This document shows positions 1 through 12,100 of a stretch of 64,000 bases of DNA, piece by piece (the stretch's first letter is position 1; every line of letters begins with the position of its first letter). The DNA comes from Octopus sinensis (Eukaryota): contig NC_043010.1 in assembly GCF_006345805.1 (NCBI RefSeq), positions 41,540,001 through 41,604,000 of the forward strand, given 5' to 3'. The position numbers and the translations under genes were made by a program. Below the pieces are notes generated by a model. The model did no database searches. It saw only the letters and a program-made list of their open reading frames with translations, and was not told the origin of the DNA.

Positions 1-142
1 CCCGATTGTCAAGCAATGGTGGGGGTACAAACACACACACACACGCACATACACACACAATTATACACATATACACGAGTCTTCTTTCAGTTTCCATGTA
101 CGAAATCCATGCACAAGGCTTTGGTCAGCCTGAGGCTATAAT
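1..142 (-). mobile_element. SINE family B fragment
   Basis: Matches the reverse complement of the internal part of the SINE at 45180-45580. Confidence 0.75.
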
Positions 143-169
143 ACATGCATGCATGCATACATACATACA

Positions 170-205
<36 letters not shown>

Positions 206-328
206 TATACATACACACCTACATATATATACATAAATATATATATATATATACATACATATATATATACATATATATATACATATACATATACATATAT
301 ATACATATATATACATATACATATATAT

Positions 329-381
<53 letters not shown>

Positions 382-491
382 CAAATTGAGATAGGGGTTG
401 TAAATGCAACCCTCCATGGGATAACATATATCCAATATACTGCTAGATATATTTCTCCATTTTCTTATTTTGTATATATATATATATATAG
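143..491. repeat. Compound microsatellite (TACA)n/(TA)n/(CA)n
   Basis: Directly visible. Confidence 0.95.
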
Positions 492-1141
492 TTAATCCAA
501 ATATGAAAACACAACAACGTGAGGACGTGGGACAAATATAGTATTATTGGACGGCCAGGAAGGAAGTGAAGAAGAATGCGTCTAACACGACCCATCGTAT
601 GGTTGACAGTCGAATAAATGTAGGTGTAATGGAGTTATTGTACGTAAATTGGCACATTCCGCAAATGGGCTACAATGGTCACTGTTTGATGAGCTTTGAA
701 AAAAAAAACCAAATTTCGACCCTGAAGACAAAAAAAAGAAAAGAAGCTGAAGATGACAGGAGAATATCATCAAATTTATACAAAACTATTTAATTAAATA
801 TTCGTCTTTCTCTCTTTTTCTTTCCATTTTTCTGTCGTCTTCTTTTTTTGTGTCTTTTTTTTTTCGCCTGTTATAAAATTGTAACTTAAAAACTGATGAT
901 GTCATTCCATCAACGTGTGGACGCTGGTTGCTCTCGTTCATACTTTACGTTTAAATTTCTGTAATTTTGAATTTTTATAACTTCTTATTTTGAACTTGAC
1001 AACACAGACTTACTGTTGAAATATCTTTCAACCAATAAAATATCCATTACAATCGAATCGCGCTCTTCGTCTTGACTGTTTACCTTTGTGAAGAGTTACG
1101 TCAATCCTTTTTAAAATATTATCATTATTATTATTATTATT

Positions 1142-1480
1142 TCTGAAAGGTGGGTGAATTGTGCGAGAATGGCCAGTATAAATGGACCAGTTCTCAGGTT
1201 TCGCCTGTAATTCAAAAAGGTAATATAAAAGGAGAAAAGGGACTCTCTACCCCCCTTTTGACCAGGCTCCCGTTGGCTTTTATGGGGTTTTTTCCATCAG
1301 GAACCTTTCGAAGCGCCTCCCCCTATTGGGAGTTTTTAATTGTTACAATCATTCTTTGTTAAACTGTTTTTTACACGATTTTTTCACAAACGGACAAAAC
1401 CCTTTGTAACCTTTCGTCCTGTTTTGTCCCTTTATGTTTTCTAATCATGTGTGTCAGCCCTTGTGGCCAATAAAAAAAAA
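1142..1480 (+). mobile_element. L1/Tx1-type LINE 3' end (ORF2 C-terminus, 3'UTR, polyA) between (TTA)n tracts
   Basis: SERWVNCARMASINGPVLRFRL* resembles Tx1 ORF2 C-termini (ERW...L.F.L*); ends gtggccAATAAAAAAAAA. Confidence 0.6.
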
Positions 1481-1508
1481 GAATGAATTATTATTATAAT
1501 TATTATTA

Positions 1509-1558
<50 letters not shown>

Positions 1559-1805
1559 AATGTAACGTTTGGCAATGCTTTGTTCGTTGTAAATATGTTG
1601 TCCAACTAGCTTATGTTCACAAGTTAACAAATAGGAGATAAACTTGAAACTTCCAAGAATGGTTCTGGAGACAAAAAGCCTCTATCGCTGCAATATACAT
1701 TGCGTTCATTAAAGCTACTTTGGAGTTCTCAATGCAGTTATCAAAAATAATATTGTAAATACGATTAAGGAGTACGTACTTGTCAGAATTTCCATGATCC
1801 AGCAA

Positions 1806-2643
1806 ACCTCCGCCAAGGCAACACCAATGTCCTCTCAGCGATTAGCCGGAGGTGATTTTTAAAATGAGAAATAAACTCGATTGCTCTCACAAACGAGAAT
1901 ACTAAAAATGAACCCGACTCTGTGGGAACTAGGACTGTTTTCTCTATGAAGGTCTTTTATTAGTCTACCCACTGATATAGTGTCTTTACGAACATTAAGG
2001 TCTATAGTGAAAAATTTATCCGTGCCTGAAAGAAGACGGAAAGACCTGCATACAGTGCTGCTGTTAACGCAGGTTTAACAACATCGTTGCGCACAAAAAC
2101 GTGAGTCCAAAAAGTAAAGCTTCCTTCAAAGCAGAACTAGAAATACAATTGTCAAGTAGGTAAGAGGTTTTAAACAGGAGCGATATACTCAAAGTTGGTA
2201 AAACTAAAAATTGTCGAGGATAAACTAGATTTATTATTGTTACTGAATAAGGTAGTGTTATTTAATTTCTGAACAGTTTTGCAGCCGTTTGTTTATGTAG
2301 TTTGATTTCTTTATCCACCAGTTTCTACTATGATAGAGACGCGAGTAAAATTAATAGTAGAGAAACGAAAATAAAACTTTAGAAACAGCAACGCCGCCAT
2401 AACTTACGTGAAAACCATGAGCGTGCTTTCAAGGGAGATTATCAGAGAAAGACTTGAAAATTAATGTAAGATCATAATAGTTCATGTAAAGTAAATATAA
2501 CAATTCAAAATCCTTGTCCAGTACCGGATCAATCCCAAAATCTAAAGTTTGTGCCATCAAGCGGTTCTTGAGATATCTTGTCCACAGACAAACATACAAA
2601 CACGACTGAACACAATACCTCCACCTTCGCTAAGGCGGAGGTA
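1806..2643. mobile_element. Putative non-autonomous DNA element with 9-bp terminal IR and 3' hairpin
   Basis: ACCTCCGCC at 1806 and GGCGGAGGT at 2634-2642; hairpin TACCTCCACCTT-cgct-AAGGCGGAGGTA at 2616-2643. Confidence 0.4.
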
Positions 2644-2731
2644 CAGTGTAATATATTCTGGAACTCTACGTGTGCGTTTAGGAATACAACAATCATCTTC
2701 AAAATTAAATTCCATATGTGGAAAATCGCAG

Positions 2732-2995
2732 TCGGCGAGCTGGCAGAAAAGTTAGCACGCTGGACAAAATGCTCAGCAGAATTTCGTCTGTCTCTACGTT
2801 CTGAGTTCAAATTCCGCCGAGGTCGACTTTGCCTTTCATCCTTTCGGGGTCGATAAATTAAGTACCAGTTATGCACTGGGGTCGATGTAATCGACTTAAT
2901 TCTTTTTGTCTGTCATTGTTTGTTCCCTCTATGTTTAGCCTCTTGTGGGCAATAAAGAAATAAGAAACGTTAGCACGCCGGGCGAAATGCTTGGC
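2732..2995 (+). mobile_element. SINE family A (GGCGAGCTGGCAGAA head) followed by the start of a second copy
   Basis: Near-identical to about 10 other copies in the window; B-box-like GAGTTCAAATTCC; tail agccccttgtgggcaataaagaaat. Confidence 0.85.
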
Positions 2996-3620
2996 TTATT
3001 TCCAACTACCGGCCGAGTATACATGTAGAGACAGGCAAAATAAGCATTTGACCCAGACTGCCTTCTTCCAACTGTTAAACATGGAGGAGGATCTGTGATG
3101 ATCTGGTGGGGGTAGGGGGCTATATCTTGGAAATCTGCCGGCCCAATGGTTTCTCTTCATGGCAGAATTAATACTCAAGACTATTTAAGCATTTTATCTG
3201 ATCAAATTCATCCTATGGTTGCGGAACTGTTTCCGGAGGGAAATGCAATCTTTAAGGATGATAATGCACCAATTCACACAGCTAAAATTGTTACTGAATG
3301 GCACGAGGAACATTCTAGTGAAGTTGAACATCTTATCTGGCCACCATAGACCCCAGATCTCAATATTATTGAATATTTATGTTGCATTTTAGAAAGACAA
3401 GTAAGGAGTCAATATCCCCCACCATCATCACTACAAGAACTGGAGACTGTTTTAGCTGAAGAATGGACAAAAATTCCTATGGAAACAATTCAAATTTTGT
3501 TTGAGTCCATACCTCGTAGAATTTAAGCTGTAATTACTGCCAAAGGCAGTCCTACTCCATATAAAAAATAAAATTGTTTGAAATCTTAAGGTGTTTCCAT
3601 TATTTTGTTCAACCTCTGTA
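2996..3620 (+). mobile_element. Tc1-family transposase pseudogene, 3' part with right TIR
   Basis: IFKDDNAPIHTAK...WPP*TPDLNIIEYL (DD34E catalytic region) ...AVITAKGSPTPY; ends ...ttgttcaacctctg-TA. Confidence 0.9.
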
Positions 3621-3654
3621 TGTATTCTCATGCATGTAGTTGCATATCTAGACA

Positions 3655-3900
3655 TGCTCAAATATATTTAAATGATAAACTTCTGGAAAGTTTTACAGAT
3701 TTTTACAGTTCTAATAATGGATTGGATCTGTAGTCTTCGATTTAGCTTTCTACTTTCAGGTTTTGGAAAGCCTAATTTCTCAAGATTGGTATTTAGGCAG
3801 TAATAAACCTGAACTTGTAATCTGGATAGAGTAACTGCAGATTTCTCAATAGTTCAGCGTAGGTATTCTCTTTTCCACTGACCTTCAGCTTTATGTTATG
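3655..3900 (-). mobile_element. R4/Dong-like (RLE) non-LTR retrotransposon 3' fragment
   Basis: Minus strand reads NIKLKVSGKENTYAELLRNLQLLYPDYKFRF, typical of the end of an RLE domain; related to 23590-24600. Confidence 0.55.
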
Positions 3901-4347
3901 TTATGTATGTATGTATGTATGTATGTATGTATATATGTATGTATGTATGTGTATAAGAGAGAGAGAGACAGACAGACAGAGATGGAGAGACAGACTTTGG
4001 GAAGATAAAATTTGTATTTGAACCTCAGTGGAATTTGAACACAGAACATAAAATAATGATGTTGTAAAGCATTTTATTTTATTTTTACCGCTCATTTCAC
4101 TCCACCATTTTACTGTAATCATGCAATTACGAAATAACATCGCTCAGCTTGCTAAAGATAGCAGCCAAATGACACCTTAATAACTGAGAAAAGGGTGCTT
4201 AAGTTAATATAGTCCCAGACACACAATGTCCACCCAAAAATGGATGATCACAGTTTAAGATCTGCTCGATCAAGGTTAACCCGATACTAGACAACCAATG
4301 GCAATAAATTTTATTACCAATTACACAATGCAATCTCAGTAACAATA

Positions 4348-4761
4348 TATATTTCTTTACTAGCCACAAGGGGCTAAACATAGAGGGGACAAACAAAGAC
4401 AGACAAACTGATTAAGTCGATCATATCGACCCCAGTGCGTAACTGGTACTTATTTAATCGACCCCGAAAGGATGAAAGGCAAAGTCGACCTCGGCGGAAT
4501 TTGAACTCAGAACGTAACGACAGACGAAATACCTATTTCTTTACTACCCACAAGGGGCTACACACAGAGAGGACAAACAAGGACAGACAAACGGATTAAG
4601 TCGATTATATTGATCCCAGTGCGTAACTGGTACTTAATTTACCGACCCCGAAAGGATGAAAGGCAAAGTCGACCTCGGCGGAATTTGAACTCAGAACGTA
4701 ACGACAGACGAAATACCGCTAAGCATTTCGCCCGGCGTGCTAACGATTCTGCCAGCTCGCC
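4348..4761 (-). mobile_element. SINE family A, two tandem copies
   Basis: Two successive reverse-complement copies, about 4348-4531 and 4532-4761. Confidence 0.85.
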
Positions 4762-5323
4762 AACAATCTACAAGCCATCAAACTTTCAGAGATAGCCTGG
4801 AACCCTATCAACTGTTTGTCTTTACTTTAAGAAGACTATTATTTGCTTTAATTTTCTGTTTCTTTTGCAAACATTGTCTAAAATGGTTTACCTTCTTAAA
4901 ATTATATATCCCCGATTTTCTCAGTAACTCATCCTCACAAAATAGTCTTTTTATTGTTATAACGAATATATATTCTTTTTCATCTCTCCTCATCTTGATT
5001 CTTCTGCTTTTGAAACAGTCTCCAATGACTTTTCATCTTCGTTTATTTATAGCTCTTACTACTGACTGCATAACATCGTTTAGTGGCAAGAGAAAAGTTT
5101 TCTCCGCCAGAAACAATGAAATAGAAATGAGATAGGTAGTGCTTTTTCTACAGAATAACAATTGTGACCGACTTTACTGCACGTTAACTCTGGTTTTCAT
5201 TGGTTTATTTTTAATAAACTAGGCCTCATTAAAGATGGTGCCAGAAAGAGCAGTGTCTCTGAGAGTTAAACAAACAAATAGAGGAAGGTAAAGAGGAAAG
5301 AACAAAGAAAGAGAATGTGTGTG

Positions 5324-5436
<113 letters not shown>

Positions 5437-5623
5437 CTTAGCCGAGAGAGGTATAGAGCAGAGAGGGAAATAGAATAGACGAAATGTTTTAGAAATAAAA
5501 GATGATGGTGGCACAAGGTAAAACTGATGGCGAATTAAACGTAGGAAAACAGCAACTTAATGAATCGAGTTAGAAAAAACAAAGAGAAAAGAGCGTGTGT
5601 ATTGTATGAAGAATAAACAGAGA

Positions 5624-5655
<32 letters not shown>

Positions 5656-5671
5656 AAACATATATATATAT

Positions 5672-5707
<36 letters not shown>

Positions 5708-5711
5708 GCGA

Positions 5712-5897
5712 GAGTTAACGAAAAAAAGAAAAGACGAAGACAGGTGGTGTACAAAACAAACAGATGTATTAGTATAACGCTCAGGAATAGAAAAAGTCTT
5801 TTACGTTTCGAGCCTACGCTCTTCTACAGAAAGGGACACAGGAAAAAACACGGAGGAGAAAAAAAAAATGTGTGTAGTGGCTAACGATCTATCATGG
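5712..5897 (-). mobile_element. Short TA-flanked element (Penelope pseudo-LTR-like) with hammerhead-like motif
   Basis: Related to 14918-15092 and 40689-40890 (shared acgctcagga and acgtttcgagc..gctcttc); flanked by (TA)n. Confidence 0.55.
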
Positions 5898-5963
5898 ATC
5901 TATCATATATATGTATAAATATATATATCTGTAAAGAAATATATATATATATATATATATATA

Positions 5964-6263
5964 GTTGCCAAATAAACACACACACTATATATTCGTTCTT
6001 CACTCGTTAATTACTGTTCTTATTCTATCTCATGTCCATTGTCCGGAAATCTTTCGTCACACATCTGTGACCTCCTGCTCCGCTTAGTCCAGTCCATTCT
6101 CTGAATGGACTAAGCAGAGCGGGAGCACAAACGAGGACAGAAAGTGTCGCTGAAAAGGTTACAGGTGTGTGACGAAAGATTTCCGGACAATGAACATTAG
6201 TTAGCATAAGAACAGTAATAATAAAGGGAAAAACGAATACATAGCGCGTGTGTTTATTTGGCA
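5964..6263. repeat. Imperfect long inverted repeat with internal hairpin
   Basis: ttgccaaataaacac...ccggaaatctttcgtcacac versus gtgtgacgaaagatttccgg...gtgtttatttggcaa. Confidence 0.8.
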
Positions 6264-6483
6264 AAAAAAAAAGACCCGTCCCAAAATACAAGAATATCTG
6301 TTTCAACACCACGGTTTCACATCGAGCATCTTGCAACGCAAATTCATGAACGTATATATATATACATACCTACATGTATGTATGTATGTATGTATGTATG
6401 TATGAATGTATGTATGTATGTATGTAGTATGTATGTATTATGTATGTATGTATATTATATATATATATATATATAATATATAT

Positions 6484-6517
<34 letters not shown>

Positions 6518-6537
6518 ATATATTTATATATATATAT

Positions 6538-6836
6538 AAAATAAATATAAGAGAGTGGTCACTATATGGCTCACTCTAGCACTAGTTATCCAAAAGGTTT
6601 CAACCACAAAAATACATGTTTCCCATGAAAGTCAGTACGATTGTTAGCTCACACGGACAGGGCAAATAAAAAATAACAAAAATATCTGTATTTTTGTTAT
6701 TTTTTATTTGCCCTGTCCGTGTGAGCTAACAATCGTACTGACTTTCATGGGAAACATGTATTTTTGTGGTTGAAACCTTTTGGATAAACTAGTGCTAGAG
6801 TGAGCCATATAGTGACCACTTTCTTATATTTATTTT
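6538..6836. repeat. Near-perfect palindrome, about 147-bp arms with a 4-nt loop
   Basis: Arms 6538-6684 and 6689-6836, loop TCTG; about 2 differences. Confidence 0.92.
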
Positions 6837-6961
6837 GTAAAAATATTATAATATATTATAAAATATTATAATAATCCAGGTTTTCGGAGCACTAGGCCAC
6901 TTGGTGTTGAATAGATATACTATTAAATTAGTATCTAATTCTCTCACCCTTATTAATTAAT

Positions 6962-7004
<43 letters not shown>

Positions 7005-7163
7005 ATATATCGAGAGAGGAAGATAGATAGATAGATAGCTTATGCGCCTATACACACACATATGCACACATATATAAGTTAATAATGAAGAGTATTTTAG
7101 AATGCTGGTGCTACAAGTACTACCCTTCATTGTTAAATCTTTTTATTCATTCATTATTATTAT

Positions 7164-7540
7164 TAGCACGCCAGGTGAAATGCTTAGCAGTATTTCGTCT
7201 GCCGCTACGTTCTGAGTTCAAATTCCACCGAGGTCGACTTTGCCTTTCATCCTTTCGGGGTCGATAAATTAAGAACCAGTTACGCACTGGGGTCGATATA
7301 ATCGACTTAATCCGTTTGTCTGTCCTTGTTTGCCCTCTCTGTGTTTATCCCCTTGTGACTAGTAAAGAAAGAAATATTTCGTCTGTCTTTACGATGTAAG
7401 TTCAAATTCCGCTACGGTCGACTTTGTCTTTCATCCTTTGGGGTTCGATAAATTAAGTAGCAGTTGCGTACTGGGGTCGATCTAATCGACTGGCCCCCTC
7501 CCCAAAAATTTCGGGCCATGTACCTATAGTAGAAAAGATT
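7164..7540 (+). mobile_element. SINE family A dimer (second unit has a different tail)
   Basis: Two consecutive copies of the gcctttcatcctttcggggtcgataaattaag core. Confidence 0.8.
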
Positions 7541-7619
7541 ATTAGCGCTTTCGTTTGATTCTCGAACTTGTCAAACAGAATTTTGTGAATGTGGAAACAG
7601 CTTGTTCATTCATCTAAAA

Positions 7620-7924
7620 CAGAGGTTCTTAAAGTGGGTGCTACCGCCCCCCGGTGGGCGCTGAGACGGTCCAGGTGGGCGCTGGTGCCTAATGGGCGGC
7701 GAGGGGACGGTAGAGAAAAAGGAGGTGTTAGGAGGAAAACAGTAGATCGGGAGACGCTATGAATTTATTATAATATTGTATTGTATACAAATTGTATAAT
7801 ATTATATTAAATATCAAATGATTCAAAGTATATATAAATTAGTAAAATATAAAAAATAAGGGTGGATGGGGGTATTATGTAGCCATGAGGGGTGGTGGTG
7901 GCCCAAAAAGTTTGAGAATCTCTG
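7620..7924. mobile_element. hAT-type MITE
   Basis: TIRs CAGAGGTTCTTAAA / TTTGAGAATCTCTG; 8-bp TSD atctaaaa / atataaaa with 1 mismatch. Confidence 0.75.
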
Positions 7925-8016
7925 ATATAAAACAGGTTTTTGAGGGGTTTTGTTCAGAAGAGAACATTTTTTTTGTTGAGGTTCCATGACAATAGAGACA
8001 GATAAATAGAAATATA

Positions 8017-8144
8017 GGTAGGTAGGTAGATAGATAGATAGATAGGTAGATAGATAGATAGATAGATAGATAGATGGATGGATGGATGGATGGATGGATG
8101 GATGGATGGATGGATGGATGGATGGATAGATGGATGGATGGATG

Positions 8145-8179
<35 letters not shown>

Positions 8180-8198
8180 GGATGGATGGATAGATAGA

Positions 8199-8230
<32 letters not shown>

Positions 8231-8236
8231 TAGGTA
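8017..8236. repeat. (GATA)n/(GGAT)n microsatellite
   Basis: Directly visible. Confidence 0.95.
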
Positions 8237-8523
8237 GGGAGAGAAAGGTGGAGAGAGAGGAGGGGAATGGTGATCCCCTTCCTATTCCCTATTCATTTAT
8301 TCATTTACCATTGCATTGCAATGGGTTTAAGGATGGTGACCCCTTCAAGAATAAAAAATGCAGGTGTAGTGTGGTCATCACTGAAACTCTTTTTACTTCT
8401 TTCTCTCTTTCTTATCCCCTTCTTCCCTTCTTTCTTTTTCCTTTTCTTCCTTTTGTCCGGTGCCCACATATATACGCATAGATGTATGTATATATACGTA
8501 TGTATATATGCATATATATATAT

Positions 8524-8892
8524 GTAGGAGTGGCTGTGTGGTAAGTAGCTTGCTTACCAACCACATGGTTCTGGGTTCAGTCCCACTGCGTGGCACTTTG
8601 GGCAAGTGTCTTCTACTATAGCCTCGGGTCGACCAAAGCCTTGTGAGTGGATTCGGTAGGCGGAAACTATATGTGTGTATGTGTGAGTGAGTGTTTGTAT
8701 CCCCACCCACCGCTTGACAAACGGTATTGGTGTGTTTACGTCCTTGTAATCTAGCAGTTCGGCAAAAGTGACAGACAAAATATCAGGCTTAAAAATGTAA
8801 AAAAAGTACTGGGGTCGATTCATTCGACTAAAATTCCTCAAAAATGGTGCCCCAGCATGGGCGCAGCCTAATGATTGAAGGAAGTAAAAGAA
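8524..8892 (+). mobile_element. SINE family B (GTAGGAGTGGCTGTGTGGTAAG head, internal TG microsatellite), about 500 bp upstream of the ATG
   Basis: A-box TGGCTGTGTGG and B-box GGTTCAGTCCC; multiple copies in the window. Confidence 0.85.
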
Positions 8893-9070
8893 GGAAGTAA
8901 AATATATTTATATAAGATTGAAGGAAGTAAAATATATTTATATGTGTGTGTTATATTATATATATATATATACATACACACAACTATATATATGTGCGTG
9001 TGTGTGTGTATAAATATATATATGTGTATGTATTTATTTATACATACACATATATATCCATATATATACC

Positions 9071-9108
<38 letters not shown>

Positions 9109-9384
9109 TATATATATATAATATATATATATATACATATATATTTATCTCTGTATGTATCTCAAAGACAGAGACAGAGGGGAGAGAGGGGAGAAAGAGT
9201 AGTAATAGTTGCAGTTAGTAGTAGAGAAATGTAAAAACATTAAAAAAAAAAAACAAAGAGAGAAAGAAAAAAGAGAAAGAGGAGTGAGATGAAGTGAAAG
9301 GCAATAACATTTGCGAGAAACTTTTCTGCTTACTTCATTCCTTACCTCCACCTCTAACTAAGCATTACGCTACTTTGAGTCGAA

Positions 9385-9604
9385 ATGGCTAAGCTGGTCT
9401 GGATTTTGGGGTTGAGTTGGTTGTGTTTGTTACTCGTCAGTTCTTCGCCGGTCAATGAAGAAATCGATGGGGAAGATGATTATGAAGATGAAGAAGAAGA
9501 ACATTGTAACCCAGGTTGCATAAAAGAGTGTGCAAGAGTGAAGAGATGCCGTGCGGAGCCTATACGCGATTCATGCGGATGCTGCGTGTGCGCAGAAGAT
9601 GAAG
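9385..9604 (+). CDS. IGFBP-related (IGFBP7/IGFBP-rP1-like) secreted protein, coding exon 1: signal peptide, acidic tract, N-terminal half of IGFBP (IB) domain
   Basis: ATG at 9385; MAKLVWILGLSWLCLLLVSS hydrophobic leader; HCNPGCIKECARVKRCRAEPIRDSCGCCVCAEDE resembles the IB-domain DxCGCCxxCA motif; strong donor AAG|GTAGGT at 9604/9605 (phase 1). Confidence 0.88.
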
Positions 9605-9664
9605 GTAGGTACTTGCTTTTAGAACAATTATGGCTGTTGTCTCTCTCTCTCACACTCACTCTCA

Positions 9665-9696
<32 letters not shown>

Positions 9697-9759
9697 ATCT
9701 CTCTTTCACACACACGCTCACATATGTATATATCAATCTTTATTTATAAATACAAAGTT

Positions 9760-9791
<32 letters not shown>

Positions 9792-9853
9792 ATCTATCTA
9801 TCTATCTATCTGTCTGTCTGTCTGTCTGTCGTCTGTCTGTCTGTCTGTCTGGC

Positions 9854-9917
<64 letters not shown>

Positions 9918-9919
9918 GG

Positions 9920-9987
<68 letters not shown>

Positions 9988-10302
9988 TTATCTATCTATC
10001 TATAAAGCTATACCTAAACACACACACACACTACCTCTCTCTCACACACACACACACTACCTCTCTCTCACACACACACACGCACGCGCACGCACGCACA
10101 CGCACGCACACGCACACGCACGCACGCACGCACACACACACACACGTACAAACCACATGAGCGAGTATGTTTGCTTAATTCCTATATTTTTGTTCGGTCG
10201 TTGTACACTGTCGATCAAATTGACAGTGGTACATCTCTCCTCGTAAATTAAGGGACCGTAAGTAAACGAACTTTGGTGCCAAACAAAAAGACATGGTCAT
10301 GC

Positions 10303-10398
<96 letters not shown>

Positions 10399-10530
10399 TA
10401 TATATATATATATATATATATATAAAGTTATCCAAACAAGAAAACAAAAAGACAACAACGCGAGGATGTGGAACAAATAAAGTATTATTGGACGCTCAGG
10501 AAAGAAGGGAAGAAATACATATATATATAT

Positions 10531-10605
<75 letters not shown>

Positions 10606-10881
10606 TATATATATATACACATACATGCATACACACATACAAACATATATATATATACACACACATGTCAAACCGTGTCTCTTTTTGGATTATATTGAGC
10701 TTGCGCAGGCAACAATAGTTACTAATATTTTTGTAAACTTTGGAAAACTGAATCGCTTCGCATCAATCTACGCGAAGTAACGCATACATATATATATATA
10801 TATATGGCGTTTGTGAAAACATAAATCCGAAAGAAGCACACTGTGAGATGTAGAGGAGTATATATATTAAAAAAGGACAAA

Positions 10882-11190
10882 GCCGGTTTATGGGATTACT
10901 TTAGGCTTCCCGTCCATAAAGGGTTTTAGCTTTATGGCGTATCGTCAGATCCCCAAAACCTGGGCGGAAGTAAAGAATACGCACACCAACCGTTTTCAGC
11001 GTAACAAAAGCCCTAACCCTAATCCTAACCCTAGCCCTGACCCCTAACCCTAATCCTAAACACCGAGAGTGCGTATTCTTTACCTTCGCCAAAAACCTGT
11101 TGGCCAATGACCTCTTCAAAATATGGAGCGGGATTGACGATGCGCCATAAAGCTAAAGACGTGAAACCTAAGGTAATCTCATAAACCGGC
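10882..11190. mobile_element. MITE-like element with nested inverted repeats around a telomere-like (CCCTAA)n core
   Basis: TIR gccggtttatgggattactttagg / cctaaggtaatctcataaaccggc; two inner IR pairs; degenerate CCCTAA units at 11011-11059. Confidence 0.7.
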
Positions 11191-11219
11191 CTTCCCCATT
11201 TTAAATACAAACACACACA

Positions 11220-11262
<43 letters not shown>

Positions 11263-11760
11263 TGCACACACACACACACATACACACACACCACACACAC
11301 ACACACACATATGGTGGAAACAGCGCAGATGCAAATCTAAGACATTTCAATTTAAGAAAGAATTCAATAAAATGCTTTCAAAATTATATAAAGAAAACGT
11401 TACCGGTTTCGATGATGAATCTCATCGTATAAGATATCAGTAAAAATTTATGAAAATTTCAAATAAAAACTGTTCATTTTCTGTCTGGGGGCCAAAACAT
11501 CTAGGCTATTTGCAACTCATCGTTATATATAAAAGTTGATTTGTATAGATCTCTCTAATCTTTTTTCAAACCATATCTTTTATAAGATTAATCCGAAATT
11601 GATTCAATATAGAGATAACGAAATTTAAATTTTCTAAAGGTTAGTTGCCCGTTTTCAGTTCAATTTTCCTGTAACAAGCGGATTATAAGTGGATAAATCA
11701 GTGTATTGGCTTTAGAATAACCCTCTTTAGTCCTTAATTATATGATATATATATATATAT

Positions 11761-12100
11761 GAAGGCGCATGGCTCAGTGGTTAGAGCGTCGAGCTTACAA
11801 TCGTGAGGTTGTGAGCTCGAATCCCGGACCGGGCTGCGTGTTGTGTTCTCGAGCAAGGCACTTTATTTTTCACGTTGCTCCAGTTCACTCAGCTGTAGAG
11901 AATGAGTTGCGACGTCACTGGTGCCAAGCTGTATCGACCTTTGTCTTTCCCTGGATAACACTGGTGGCGTGGAGGGGAGGCTGGTATGCATGGGCGACGC
12001 TGGCCTTCCATAAACAACCTTGCCCGGACTTGTATCTAGGAAGGTAACTTTCTAGGTGCAATCCCATGGTCATTCATGACCGAAGGGGGTCTTTACCCTT
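11761..12100 (+). mobile_element. tRNA-derived SINE (family E)
   Basis: Head GGCGCATGGCTCAGTGGTTAGAGCG...GCTCGAATCCC with A and B boxes, unique body, ctttaccctt tail. Confidence 0.75.

Noticed and set aside
6-495. Many 60-140 aa ORFs rich in YI/HT/CV/LS (also near 5229, 10293, 14713, 35052, 39253)
   Set aside because: Translations of stop-free microsatellites
4610-4795. Recurrent ORF NWYLIYRPRKDERQSRPRRNLNSER as a peptide gene family
   Set aside because: Antisense translation of SINE A copies
9605-10005. C-terminal two-thirds of the 206-aa ORF, with a hydrophobic-looking stretch
   Set aside because: Read-through past a strong GT donor into (CT)n/(CTAT)n intronic repeats
11011-11059. True telomere or chromosome-fusion site
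   Set aside because: Short, degenerate and enclosed in a TIR element
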